A stretch of 64,000 nt of DNA, from contig CAWVVV010000001.1 of the NCBI GenBank assembly GCA_963933835.1, positions 224,001 through 288,000 of the forward strand, read 5' to 3'. Position 1 is the stretch's first letter, and the number at the start of each line of letters is the position of its first letter. The notes below the pieces were generated by a model. The model ran no database searches. It worked only from the letters and a program-made list of their open reading frames with translations, and was not told the DNA's origin. The DNA comes from an uncultured Puniceicoccaceae bacterium (GTDB lineage: Bacteria > Verrucomicrobiota > Verrucomicrobiia > Opitutales > Oceanipulchritudinaceae). Position numbers and translations under genes: made by a program. Shown here one piece after another: positions 19,224 through 29,077 of this stretch.

Positions 19224-20870
19224 ATGCCAGACGGTTCAAATCACATAAACATTCTAAAGTCATTCTTTGTCACACGACGCTGGGCACTCCTCGCTGTTCT
19301 TGCCCTCGCGATCGCTGGCTGTGCCGAAAAAACTAAAACTCCTGAGGAGATCCTCAGCGAGGCCCAAGCCATCGGTGCCACACAAAAACTCGGTGAAGCG
19401 ATCTCGCTCCTCGAAATCTACGATCGGGAGAACCCCGGCAACTTCGCCATCGTTGAACAGCTCGCTTTTTTCTACGGCGAAGTCGATGACCCCGCCACAA
19501 GTGCGATGTTTTTTGCCCGCGCCGCCGAGATTGATCCCTCGCAAGCCGAGCATCTCCTCTTTGCTGCCCAAGCATGGCAGAATGCCGGCGATCTCGACAG
19601 CACGATCAACCTTTACCAGCAGTATATCCTCGCTCGCCCAAACGACCAAAGCGCACGCATCGCCCTCTCCGACCTCTATTATTTGTATGGTGATCTGGAC
19701 GAAGCTCGCAACACCCTCCTCCGTTCCAATCGTCTCTCGCCCAAGAGTGGCGTTCAGGTCCGCCTCGGTGAACTCTTTCTCGAAAGCGGGAACCTCGCTC
19801 TCGCGCAACAGTGGTTCGACAGCGCTGCCCGCTTTGGCGATGAGAATCGCGACGAAGCCCTTCTCGGTCTGCTCGAAGTCGTCATTCGCGGAAACCGTTT
19901 CGCCGATGCCGATCAACTCGTCACCGTGATCGACGAAGAATTTCCCGGTCGCCTCGAAGCTAGCCACATCGCGGCCGTTCGCCCTCAGCTCGAAAAGTGG
20001 CGGAAACAACAGGCCGCAGCCGTTGCCGCGGCAGAGGAGCTGCAAGGAATACGCACCCCTACCGATGGCCGCCTCCCGAAACCCACACCGACCGAGCAAG
20101 TATCCCCTCCATCGGTCGATGCTGCCGACGTAGCCAAGCCAGAGCCCGCAACTATTGATGATGCGACTGCGTCCACAGAAGGTACCGAGATCGTTGCTGC
20201 GCCTGCTGAAACCACCCTCGAAGAAGGCTCCTCATCCGAGTCCGACCTTAGCCCGCCAGATAAGGAAGAGCGTGTCGCCCGTGTCGAAGCAAACATGGAG
20301 CCCTTCGTCCGCCCCGAGCCTGCAGTGCCCTCCGATGGCCCACTGAATCTATTTCCAACCGACGAATTCGACACCGGGTCGAACAACGTCATTGCCTCTG
20401 TTCCGACCGGAAACGACTACGCCAGCTTTCTCGCCCAAGCCCGTGTCGCATTCACTAACGAGCGCTACGCCGAGTCGATCAAGCTCTACCATCGTTCCCT
20501 CGCTCGCTCCTCAAGTGACCCCGTCGTATGGAGTGAACTCAGCGAGGCTCAGCGCCGCTCCGGCGAGAACCAGACCGCGCTCGCCTCAGCGAGCGAGGCC
20601 ATGCGCCGCGCGCCGGATGCCCCAGGGCTTCGCCTTCAGTATCTCCGTGTCGCCGAAAGCAACCTCCGCCCCAACGCCCTGCTCGAAGCGATGGAAAAAG
20701 CCCGACGCGATTTCCCTCTTCAGCCCGAGTTCACCCTCCTCATCGCCCGGGCTCACCGCGAGCTGGGTAACACGCGTTTTGCACAGCGCTACTACCAAGA
20801 CTTTATCCGCCTTGCCCCACCATCGCACCCAGAATTCGCAAAGGCCGAAACCGAGCTGAGCGAGCTCTGA
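19224..20870 (+). CDS. TPR-repeat lipoprotein with Pro/Glu-rich linker
   Basis: Lipobox IAGC; multiple TPR-like helical repeats on either side of a low-complexity linker. Confidence 0.8.
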   Translation: MPDGSNHINILKSFFVTRRWALLAVLALAIAGCAEKTKTPEEILSEAQAIGATQKLGEAISLLEIYDRENPGNFAIVEQLAFFYGEVDDPATSAMFFARAAEIDPSQAEHLLFAAQAWQNAGDLDSTINLYQQYILARPNDQSARIALSDLYYLYGDLDEARNTLLRSNRLSPKSGVQVRLGELFLESGNLALAQQWFDSAARFGDENRDEALLGLLEVVIRGNRFADADQLVTVIDEEFPGRLEASHIAAVRPQLEKWRKQQAAAVAAAEELQGIRTPTDGRLPKPTPTEQVSPPSVDAADVAKPEPATIDDATASTEGTEIVAAPAETTLEEGSSSESDLSPPDKEERVARVEANMEPFVRPEPAVPSDGPLNLFPTDEFDTGSNNVIASVPTGNDYASFLAQARVAFTNERYAESIKLYHRSLARSSSDPVVWSELSEAQRRSGENQTALASASEAMRRAPDAPGLRLQYLRVAESNLRPNALLEAMEKARRDFPLQPEFTLLIARAHRELGNTRFAQRYYQDFIRLAPPSHPEFAKAETELSEL

Positions 20871-20979
20871 GGTCTGGCGAACATCTCTATCTTCTCTTAA
20901 GTCTATCTGTTGGTGACGCGTTACTAGTTACCAACCGAAAAATATTCACCGCCCTCTGGGCACCCCTCGCCGTCCTCCC

Positions 20980-22866
20980 TTGGCTCTGATTACCCGCCAG
21001 TCGATTGAAAACCTAAAGCTGCACATCAATATTTATGATGTCGTAGCGCGCGAGGTGCAGCTCAAGCGAGCCGGTCGGAACTGGGTCGGACTCAGTCCAT
21101 TTCAAAACGAGAAGACTCCCTCTTTCAACGTTCTCCCCGAACGGGGGATTTTCAAATGCTTCAGTACCGGCCTTGCCGGCGACATCTTCAAGTTTGTTCA
21201 AGAGCTTGAGCATGTAACGTTCGTCGAAGCGGTGGAGCTGCTCGCTGAGCGCTTCAATCAACCCCTCGAATACGAGAAGGGGGCGGGCCCAAAACCCGAA
21301 GAACGCTCCCTCAAGCGCCAACTCCTCGAGCTCCACGAATACGCCGCCGACTACTACCACGAGGCCTTTCTCGCAGACCACCCCGAGGCCGCAGAATGCC
21401 GCGCCTACTGGACGGAAAAGCGGGGATTCCCCCTCGATCTGGCGAAGGAATTCAAGATCGGCTTTGCCCCAGTCAAATCGCAAAAGCTCAACCAGCGCCT
21501 CATTCGCAAAGGCTTCACCGAAAAAGCGCTCCGCGACTGCGGCCTTTTTTACGCGCGCGACTACGACCCCGACCCACTCAAGTTCCGTCCTCGCTTCCGA
21601 GGTCGCCTGATGGTTCCGATCCGCGACCGCCAAGGACAGATCATCGCCTTTACCGCTCGGCAGCTTGAGCTTACCCCGGAAGATGACCCCGCCCACCAGG
21701 CCAAGTACATCAATTCGCCCGGAACGCCACTTTTCAGCAAGAGCCACATCCTTTTCAATCTCGAGCGAGCCCGCGAAGCAGTGCGAGAAACCCAGCGCTT
21801 CGTCATGGTCGAAGGCCAACTCGATGCGATTCGCTGTTGGCACGAAGGCGTCCGTGAGACGATCGCCCCACAAGGCACGAGCATCACGCCCGAACAACTC
21901 GCCCTCCTCCGCCCTTTTACGACTAAGCTCACCGTTGTGCTCGATGGCGACAAGGCCGGCCAAAAAGCGGCCCTCCGGATGCTCCCGCTCGCCCTTGGCG
22001 TTGGCCTCGAGCTCCACTTTGCCGCCCTGCCTGCTGAGCAAGACCCTGACAGCTTTCTTCAATCCCAAGGCGCCGACGCCTTTCAGGAGCTGCTCGATCA
22101 AGCGGAGGCCGCCATGCCTTTCACCGCTCGAGCGCTCCTTCCCGACAACGCCAGTGCCCAAGACCGCGCTCAAGTCATCCAGGAACTCGCTCAAATCCTC
22201 GCGCCCTGCGAATCTGACGTCGCTCGCATCGCCTACTTCGAAGAGGCCATCGAGGTCTTGCCTCTCGATGCTGTCGCCGCTCGCCACGATTTTGATCTGC
22301 ACCTGAGTCGTATCCTCAAACGCGCTAAACCCATTCGCAATGAGGCTTCACTCGATAGCTCGAAACCCAAACAGCGTTTACGCCCGGCAGCGCCCACCTC
22401 AAAAAAGCTGACCAACGCCGAGGCCGACCTCGTCGTCTACATTCTCCATCACGAAGACTATGGAGCCCCGCTCGCCGAAGTTCTCGACCCCGCTTGGCTG
22501 AACTACGAGGCCACCGAAGGACGCCTTCTTGGCTGGCTGACCAGCGAGCTTGCCGAAGGCCAAAAACTGAGCGAACTTGAACCCCGTGCCTCCCTCGAAA
22601 ACGAGGCCGACATCGACGCCTATTTTCAGCTCCTCGCCCAAGAATCACCGCCTCTGGACCCAGAAGTTTTCATCAACGCCCAGCTCGAAGTCCTCTACAA
22701 ACGTCACCTCGATCGTAAAAAGCAGTCGCTGGCAGCTCAGATCGCAAACCTCGAAGGAGACTTTGAAAAGCAAATGGAACTGCAGAAAAAGCTTTCCGAA
22801 CTGCGAAAAGACCTCCAAACGAATCAAGTTCCAGTCTTGCGAAATCTAAATCCTTCTACAAGTTAG
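20980..22866 (+). CDS. dnaG: DNA primase
   Basis: LSPFQNEKTPSF (degenerate zinc-binding domain), FRGRLMVPI, KYINSP, VEGQLD and DGDKAG Toprim motifs; directly upstream of rpoD. Confidence 0.96.
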   Translation: MALITRQSIENLKLHINIYDVVAREVQLKRAGRNWVGLSPFQNEKTPSFNVLPERGIFKCFSTGLAGDIFKFVQELEHVTFVEAVELLAERFNQPLEYEKGAGPKPEERSLKRQLLELHEYAADYYHEAFLADHPEAAECRAYWTEKRGFPLDLAKEFKIGFAPVKSQKLNQRLIRKGFTEKALRDCGLFYARDYDPDPLKFRPRFRGRLMVPIRDRQGQIIAFTARQLELTPEDDPAHQAKYINSPGTPLFSKSHILFNLERAREAVRETQRFVMVEGQLDAIRCWHEGVRETIAPQGTSITPEQLALLRPFTTKLTVVLDGDKAGQKAALRMLPLALGVGLELHFAALPAEQDPDSFLQSQGADAFQELLDQAEAAMPFTARALLPDNASAQDRAQVIQELAQILAPCESDVARIAYFEEAIEVLPLDAVAARHDFDLHLSRILKRAKPIRNEASLDSSKPKQRLRPAAPTSKKLTNAEADLVVYILHHEDYGAPLAEVLDPAWLNYEATEGRLLGWLTSELAEGQKLSELEPRASLENEADIDAYFQLLAQESPPLDPEVFINAQLEVLYKRHLDRKKQSLAAQIANLEGDFEKQMELQKKLSELRKDLQTNQVPVLRNLNPSTS

Positions 22867-22916
22867 ACCGCTTTTGTCCATTTTCCGCCTCTCGGCGATG
22901 ACCACCACCCGCGCGC

Positions 22917-24938
22917 ATGCCCACAAAAAAAGCCACCACCAAGAAGGCCACTAAGAAAACTTCCAGTGTCAAAAAGAAGACCGTAGCGAAGAAGGCCACC
23001 AAGAAGACTTCCAGCGTCAAAAAGAAGACGGCCGTGAAGAAGGCTCCGGCTAAAAAGACCTCGGCGAAGAAAACCGTGGTCAAGAAAGCTGCGGCAAAAA
23101 AGACGGCAGTGAAGAAAACCGCGGCGAAGAAGGCAGCCAAAAAGCAGGCCGCTGAAGAGCAACTTTCAACTCAGAGCTCTGCTGCTAAGATCGCTGCAGA
23201 ACTCGTCTCTAAGGCTGCTAGCATGGCGACAGAGTCCGACGACACGAAGAAGGCCGACGAAGCGACAGCGGAGATGAACGACCGCGTGCAAAACCTCATT
23301 CGTAAGTCGAAGGAGCAAGGTTACCTTACTTACGCCGACATCAATGCCGAGCTTCCCGGCTCCGTAGGCAGCTCAGCCGAAATCGAGAACGTCATTACGA
23401 TCCTCGAAAACCTCGATATCGACATGATCGATAATGAGGAAGTCGAGCTCTACAAGAAGCGCCTCGAAGAGCACTCCGAAGAAGAAGTCCGCAACGCTCA
23501 GTCCGACATCCTCGACGACCCTGTCCGGATGTATCTCAAGCAGATGGGTCAAGTGCCTCTCCTCACTCGTGAGGAAGAAGTCGCCATCTCGAAGCGGATC
23601 GAAGACGCCGAGCTCAAGGCTCAAGACGAGCTCTTCTCGATTGCTTTCACATCACCTTTCCAACGCGAGCTCGGTCAGAAGCTGATCGATCGCGACGAGC
23701 GTTTCGACCGCGTTGTCCTCGATAAGAAAGTCGAGTCCCGCGAAGCCTACTTCAAGGCACTTCCCGAGATCATCACTGAAATCGAAGTGATCGAGAAGAA
23801 GCTGACAAAGAACTGGGGCGACCACACCAAGCCCGAGGCAGACGACGCCTCCAAGAAACGTGCCCTCGGTCGTTTCACCAAGAATCAAGCGCTGCTCAAG
23901 CCGATTTTCCGCAAGTTCTGCTTCAAGCTTAAGGTCTTCGAAGAACACCTCGAATCCCTCGACCCGCTCATCCGCGAAATCGGCAAGCTGATCAACAGCC
24001 TCGACCTCGCAGACAAGGCTCACTTGCGCCGTCGCCGTCCGATCGATGTCGATCGCGTTCAGCGCCGTCTAGATGAGATTCATCAGCAGCTCCGGATCGA
24101 ACCCGACGAATTTCTTCAAGTCATCCGTGGCACGCGCCGCGCGATGCGAGCCGCTCACCGCGCCAAGACCGAAATGGTCGAAGCCAACCTCCGTCTCGTC
24201 ATCTCGATCGCGAAGAAGTACACCAATCGTGGTCTCTCCTTCCTCGACCTCATTCAGGAAGGCAACATGGGCCTCATGAAGGCGGTCGAGAAATTCGAAT
24301 ACCGTCGCGGTTACAAATTCTCGACCTACGCCACTTGGTGGATTCGCCAAGCGATCACCCGTTCGATTGCAGACCAAGCCCGCACGATCCGGATTCCAGT
24401 CCACATGATCGAGACCTTGAATAAGGTCATGCAGGTTCAGAAGCAGCTCCTCCAAGAACTCGGCCACGAGCCGACCGCCGAGGAAGTCGCCGACGAAATG
24501 GATCTCCCGGTCGATCGCGTGCAGTCGATCATGAAGATGGCTCAACAGCCCATCTCCCTCCAGTCGCCAGTCGGCGATTCGGATGACACCAATTTTGGTG
24601 ACTTCATCGAAGATAAGGCTGCTGAAAACCCTTACGACATGACTGCCTACTCGCTCCTTCGCGAGAAGATCATGGACGTCCTCGAATCGCTCACAGACCG
24701 CGAGCGCCGTGTTCTCAGCCTCCGCTTTGGACTCGTCGATGGCTACAGCCGGACCCTCGAAGAAGTGGGTCGCCAGTTCAACGTCACACGGGAACGGATT
24801 CGCCAAATCGAAGCGAAGGCCCTGCGAAAGATGCGTCACCCAACCCGTATTCGTCAGCTCCACGGTTTCTTCGAAAACGAAGGCAACCTCGACGGCCCTG
24901 GCGCACAGGACTTCATCGAAGGCAAAGAAGGCAAGTAA
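22917..24938 (+). CDS. rpoD: Primary sigma factor RpoD with Lys/Ala-rich N-terminal tail
   Basis: [40 protein letters not shown] and [14 protein letters not shown] motifs. Confidence 0.98.
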   Translation: MPTKKATTKKATKKTSSVKKKTVAKKATKKTSSVKKKTAVKKAPAKKTSAKKTVVKKAAAKKTAVKKTAAKKAAKKQAAEEQLSTQSSAAKIAAELVSKAASMATESDDTKKADEATAEMNDRVQNLIRKSKEQGYLTYADINAELPGSVGSSAEIENVITILENLDIDMIDNEEVELYKKRLEEHSEEEVRNAQSDILDDPVRMYLKQMGQVPLLTREEEVAISKRIEDAELKAQDELFSIAFTSPFQRELGQKLIDRDERFDRVVLDKKVESREAYFKALPEIITEIEVIEKKLTKNWGDHTKPEADDASKKRALGRFTKNQALLKPIFRKFCFKLKVFEEHLESLDPLIREIGKLINSLDLADKAHLRRRRPIDVDRVQRRLDEIHQQLRIEPDEFLQVIRGTRRAMRAAHRAKTEMVEANLRLVISIAKKYTNRGLSFLDLIQEGNMGLMKAVEKFEYRRGYKFSTYATWWIRQAITRSIADQARTIRIPVHMIETLNKVMQVQKQLLQELGHEPTAEEVADEMDLPVDRVQSIMKMAQQPISLQSPVGDSDDTNFGDFIEDKAAENPYDMTAYSLLREKIMDVLESLTDRERRVLSLRFGLVDGYSRTLEEVGRQFNVTRERIRQIEAKALRKMRHPTRIRQLHGFFENEGNLDGPGAQDFIEGKEGK

Positions 24939-24964
24939 GCCTTCGTCCTACTACCCGCCCAAGT

Positions 24965-25287
24965 ATGGCCGGAAATTCATTTCACAGACGATACCTCTTC
25001 GGGGGTATCGTCTTTTTTTGCGCGCTCATCGGGTGTCAGCAGAAAATGGGTACAGCGATGCCTCCGCTTGCGCAGCCTACCGCGACCACCTCAGACACCA
25101 CCCTCAGTCCCAATCAACGCATCGGCTTCGTCACCTGGGTCAGCGATACCGACAACACGCTCGTGATTGAACTCGACCCTTACCTTGCCGTCCCGCCGCT
25201 CTCCTTGCCGGCCAAGTATCCCCCGGCGACGAAATCGTAGCCCCCGGCCCAGACCTCCGAGCATGGGGCTCGGCTCAGCTAAACTAG
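24965..25287 (+). pseudogene. Small lipoprotein, probably internally deleted and frameshifted
   Basis: Lipobox LIGC and RIGFVTWV...LVIELDP. A plausible C-terminus LLAGQVSPGDEIVAPG...LN* runs in another frame from about 25201 to TAG 25285-25287. Confidence 0.5.
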
Positions 25288-25391
25288 CTGAAAACAAATA
25301 GGTACCCACAAAAGCGGGCACTGCCTGGAGCAGACAAAATCATCTCTCACATGACCTAAATTGCAGTACTACAAAACAGAATTCACAAATA

Positions 25392-25516
25392 ATCCGTGTT
25401 CATCCGTGGTTAAAAATACCCCAATTTCTGTTTTTTGAGTCTTCTGTGCCTTCTGTGGTTCCAAAGTAAAACGATTCACAGCCGCAATCTGTTTTTATCT
25501 GCGTTCATTCGTGGTT
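25392..25516 (+). repeat. Three degenerate ~20-bp direct repeats
   Basis: ATCCGTGTTCATCCGTGGTT (25392), CTTCTGTGCCTTCTGTGGTT (25441) and ATCTGCGTTCATTCGTGGTT (25497). Confidence 0.65.
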
Positions 25517-25591
25517 TTACGCCCCACTTTTCGCACCTTTCTCAAAATCAAACTTGCGCCTGACTAAAAGGCTGATTTCACGTCATTCATT

Positions 25592-27469
25592 ATGAGCACA
25601 CAAACTCCGGAAAAACACCAATTTCAGGCTGAAACACGCCAGCTCCTCGATATCGTTATTCACTCTCTTTACACTGATAAAGAGATTTTTGTGCGCGAGC
25701 TTGTCTCAAACGCCGCTGACTCGCTCGAGAAGCTGCGCCACACCGCGCTCACTGAATCGGTCTTCGACGACAGCCTGCCACTAGAAATCAACATCACCTC
25801 CGACGATACCGCCGGCACGATCACGATTCAGGACTACGGCATCGGTTTCACCCGTGACGAGCTGAACGAGAACATCGGAACAATAGCCCACTCCGGCTCA
25901 AAAGCATTTGCTGCTGCCCTGAAAGAAGCGGGCAAGGCTGGCAAAGAAGGCGCGGAGCTCATCGGCCAATTTGGTGTCGGTTTCTACAGCGCTTTCATGG
26001 TCGCCGAAGACGTCAAGGTCTACACCCACTCATGGAAAGAAGACGGCCAAAATCTCATTTGGAGTTCTGACGGCCTTGGCGAATACGCGATCGAAGAAGC
26101 CCCTGACACACAGCGCCGCGGTGCCAAGATCGTCATCAAGCTTAAGGACGAAGACAAAGTCTTCGCTAACGCCAGCACCCTAGAAGGCATCATCAAGCGC
26201 TACAGCTCCTTCGTTCCCTTCACGATCAACCTCAACGGCAAGAAGATCGATACCGTCGAGGCCCTCTGGCTCCGCAGTAAGGCTGAAGTCACGAAGGAAG
26301 AATACACTGAGTTCTACAAGTTTCAGGCCAACGCCTTCGACGAGCCGACTTACACCCTCCACTTCAGCGCCGACGCGCCGATCACGATCAACTCCCTCCT
26401 CTTCACGCCAAAGGAAAACATGGAGAAGTTTGGTTTCGGTCGGATGGAGCCCGCCGTTTCCCTTTACTGCAAAAAGGTCCTTATCGACGCTAAGCCGGAA
26501 GGCCTCCTCCCCGAGTGGATGCGTTTCGTTAAGGGTGTCATCGACAGTGCTGACATCCCGCTAAACATCTCCCGAGAATCGATGCAGGACAGTGCCCTGA
26601 TCAAGAAGATCGGCACCGTCATCAGTGGACGCTATCTCAAGTCTCTCATCGACGAAGCTAAGAAGAACCCCGAGGACTACGACGCGTTCTACAAAAACTT
26701 CGGGCTCTTTCTCAAAGAGGGCGTCACCTCCGACTTCGCGAACAAAGAGCGCCTAGCCAAACTCCTTCGCTACGAGTCCTCCCTCACGGAAGAGAAGTCG
26801 ACCACCAGCCTCGCCGACTACGTCAGCCGCATGACGGAAGAGCAAAAAGAGATCTACTATCTCTACGCTCCTTCCCGCGACGCGATCGAGACCGGTCCGT
26901 ATCTCGAAACCTTCCGCCAAAACAACCGCGAGGTCCTCTTCCTTTACGAGCCGATCGATGAGTTCGTCATGAACCACCTCAACGAGTTCGACGGCAAGAA
27001 GCTCCTCGCCGCCGATAGCTCTGAAATCGATCTGAATGATGCGACCGGCGAAGGCGAAGCTCTGAGCGAAGACGAACTCAAAGCCCTCACCGAATGGTTC
27101 AAAACGACCCTCGGCGAAAAGGTCTCTGAAGTCGAAGCCTCCAAGCGCCTCGTCGACAGCCCCGCCGCTGCCCTCAACGCCGACAAGATGATGACGCCCA
27201 CGATGCGCCGCCTTATGAAGTCGATGCAGCAGGACGTGCCTGATCAGCAAACGATCCGCCTCGAGATCAACCCGCGTCACTCCCTCCTGCACAACCTCAA
27301 TGCCCTCCGCACGAGCGACAGTGAACTCGCTGGTGAACTCGCCGAGCAAATCTATGGCAACGCCATGGTCGCCGCTGGCTTCATCGAAGACCCGCGCGAA
27401 ATGGTCGGCCGCGTCTACAAAATGATGGAACGCCTCGCCGCCCGCGAAGCTGGCAAAAGCGACGCCTAG
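25592..27469 (+). CDS. htpG: Hsp90 chaperone HtpG
   Basis: FVRELVSNAAD, IGTIAHSG, IGQFGVGFYS and PLNISRE motifs. Confidence 0.97.
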   Translation: MSTQTPEKHQFQAETRQLLDIVIHSLYTDKEIFVRELVSNAADSLEKLRHTALTESVFDDSLPLEINITSDDTAGTITIQDYGIGFTRDELNENIGTIAHSGSKAFAAALKEAGKAGKEGAELIGQFGVGFYSAFMVAEDVKVYTHSWKEDGQNLIWSSDGLGEYAIEEAPDTQRRGAKIVIKLKDEDKVFANASTLEGIIKRYSSFVPFTINLNGKKIDTVEALWLRSKAEVTKEEYTEFYKFQANAFDEPTYTLHFSADAPITINSLLFTPKENMEKFGFGRMEPAVSLYCKKVLIDAKPEGLLPEWMRFVKGVIDSADIPLNISRESMQDSALIKKIGTVISGRYLKSLIDEAKKNPEDYDAFYKNFGLFLKEGVTSDFANKERLAKLLRYESSLTEEKSTTSLADYVSRMTEEQKEIYYLYAPSRDAIETGPYLETFRQNNREVLFLYEPIDEFVMNHLNEFDGKKLLAADSSEIDLNDATGEGEALSEDELKALTEWFKTTLGEKVSEVEASKRLVDSPAAALNADKMMTPTMRRLMKSMQQDVPDQQTIRLEINPRHSLLHNLNALRTSDSELAGELAEQIYGNAMVAAGFIEDPREMVGRVYKMMERLAAREAGKSDA

Positions 27470-27494
27470 ACGTCCCAAGATTCAACTACACTTC

Positions 27495-27529
27495 AAAAAG
27501 CCGGTCACAGCGATGTGACCGGCTTTTTT
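27495..27529. terminator. Bidirectional intrinsic terminator between htpG and the OsmC gene
   Basis: AAAAAGCCGGTCACA-GCGA-TGTGACCGGCTTTTTT between convergent genes. Confidence 0.9.
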
Positions 27530-27596
27530 GTCTGAGCAGTGCGCTATCTGAACATTTTACGTTTGCACCTTGCTGATTGATTCGCGCCTGAGGTGT

Positions 27597-28160
27597 TTAC
27601 AACTTCTGAATATCGACCTCCACATTGACGGGGTTGCTGACGATATCGAAGACCGGCGAGATACGCGCAAGATCAGCGAGGACCTCCGGTGCTGCATCGC
27701 TCTTTACGGTGAACTTCACGCGAATGTTTTCGTAGCCATTGCGCACTGTTTCATCGAGGCGAAGGAATCCGTGCAGATCGAGGTCGCCTTCAAGTTCGGT
27801 TTCGACCGATTCAAGATGTATCCCCCTGGCAGCGGCATGATAAACCATAGTCGTCGTCATGCATCCCGCTAAAGCGTGCAAAACATACTCCACTGGGTTT
27901 GCGCCTTGGTCTTCGCCCAAGAGCACTGGCGGTTCATCATTATCCAATACGAAAGCTTCCGTGCGTGTGCTATCTTCCTGACATGCGCCGTAGAAGCCCT
28001 TAATTTCGGAGCGGTTGTGCCCGCCTCCAAGCCATTTGTTCTTCGCACGAAATTGGAACTTCGCGATCTCTGGTTGCGCTTTCACCGCTTCTACGTTTTC
28101 GCCGAGGGCCGTAACATTGACGCCGTTAATGAGTGTGATTTCTGGTGTTTCTATTTTCAT
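27597..28160 (-). CDS. OsmC/Ohr family protein
   Basis: DEPPVLLGEDQGANPVEYVLHALAGC, LEGDLDLHGF and SPVFD motifs. Confidence 0.9.
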   Translation of the reverse strand: MKIETPEITLINGVNVTALGENVEAVKAQPEIAKFQFRAKNKWLGGGHNRSEIKGFYGACQEDSTRTEAFVLDNDEPPVLLGEDQGANPVEYVLHALAGCMTTTMVYHAAARGIHLESVETELEGDLDLHGFLRLDETVRNGYENIRVKFTVKSDAAPEVLADLARISPVFDIVSNPVNVEVDIQKL

Positions 28161-28175
28161 GATTTTTAACTTTAC

Positions 28176-28193
28176 AGACAGACAAGTCTGTCT
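28176..28193. promoter_or_regulatory. Putative TetR operator upstream of the OsmC gene
   Basis: Perfect palindrome AGACAGAC-AA-GTCTGTCT, 15 bp upstream of the start codon. Confidence 0.8.
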
Positions 28194-28327
28194 TTAATTG
28201 GGCTAAAAAAAGCCCGGAGGTTTAGTTGAGGGGATGAGTCACAAAAGGAATAAGTCTCGCAAGAGTTTCTCTCCTGTTCTCTGAGACCTACGTATTAGTG
28301 TGTTTCTCCCGCGTAGATACTTTTTGT

Positions 28328-28912
28328 CTAATTCACCAATTGGCGGACGGCATTCATGCCATCTTGAATCGGTTTGATGTCATTATAAACACCCGCAAGT
28401 GCTATCGCGCCGGCGAGATGGGTCATATAGGCAGCCGTCAACTCGTCAGCTTTCAGATGCTTATACTTTTTGTCGGAGGCAATGAGCTCATCCGCCAAGG
28501 TATGGACAAAATCTTTTGCCCAATCATAGTGAGCGTGCCCCTGCTTGCGAAGCTCACTGGCTTCGTCTGGAACTTCAGGAACGATATTAATAAACTGACA
28601 GCCACGAAACTTCGTGCGGATCGCCCATGGTTCGACTGAATCCATCACTCCGTAGAACCGAGTCAACGGAGTGCGCTTGGTGCCTACAAAGTCGAGGATC
28701 TCTGCTGCTTCATTTTCGTTCCGGTTTTTCAAGTATGCCAGGCAGAGCGCATCCTTACTTTTGAAATTCGAATAGAAAGTCGCTTTTGCCACCCCAGCCT
28801 TTTGGATCACTTCATTGATGCCCGTCGCACGATACCCATTTCGGTAGAACAAATCTCCCGCGGTAATGAGGATGCGATCCCGAGCTGTTTCCTGATCTAA
28901 AGTCCGTGCCAT
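28328..28912 (-). CDS. TetR/AcrR family transcriptional regulator
   Basis: FYRNGYRATGINEVIQKAGVAKATFYSNFKSKDAL HTH; RGCQFIN (NemR-like Cys motif). Confidence 0.93.
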   Translation of the reverse strand: MARTLDQETARDRILITAGDLFYRNGYRATGINEVIQKAGVAKATFYSNFKSKDALCLAYLKNRNENEAAEILDFVGTKRTPLTRFYGVMDSVEPWAIRTKFRGCQFINIVPEVPDEASELRKQGHAHYDWAKDFVHTLADELIASDKKYKHLKADELTAAYMTHLAGAIALAGVYNDIKPIQDGMNAVRQLVN

Positions 28913-28927
28913 TCAATCAACATAAAC

Positions 28928-28945
28928 AGACAGACCTGTCTGCCT
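28928..28945. promoter_or_regulatory. Putative TetR autoregulatory operator
   Basis: AGACAGAC-CT-GTCTGCCT, 15 bp upstream of the tetR start; near-copy of the OsmC site. Confidence 0.8.
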
Positions 28946-29077
28946 AGCATAAAGTTGAAATTAATGAGAATTTCCTAAAAAACTGCATGAAATCTGTAAC
29001 TTTGAGCCCCCCAAGCGTATGGAGGCTCAGACTGCTAGTGACCTATCATTCGCCTACATCTGAATGCATTGGCACTC

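Noticed and set aside
19260..20099. 279-aa antisense ORF inside the TPR gene
   Set aside because: Shadow ORF from codon bias; no motifs
21013..22302. 429-aa antisense ORF inside dnaG
   Set aside because: Codon-register mirror of a conserved gene; no domain features
24069..24863. 264-aa antisense ORF in rpoD (similar one at 26753-27478 in htpG)
   Set aside because: Antisense shadows typical of strongly biased, highly expressed genes
25392..25516. Possible CRISPR array
   Set aside because: Only three ~20-bp units, poorly identical, and no cas genes in the window
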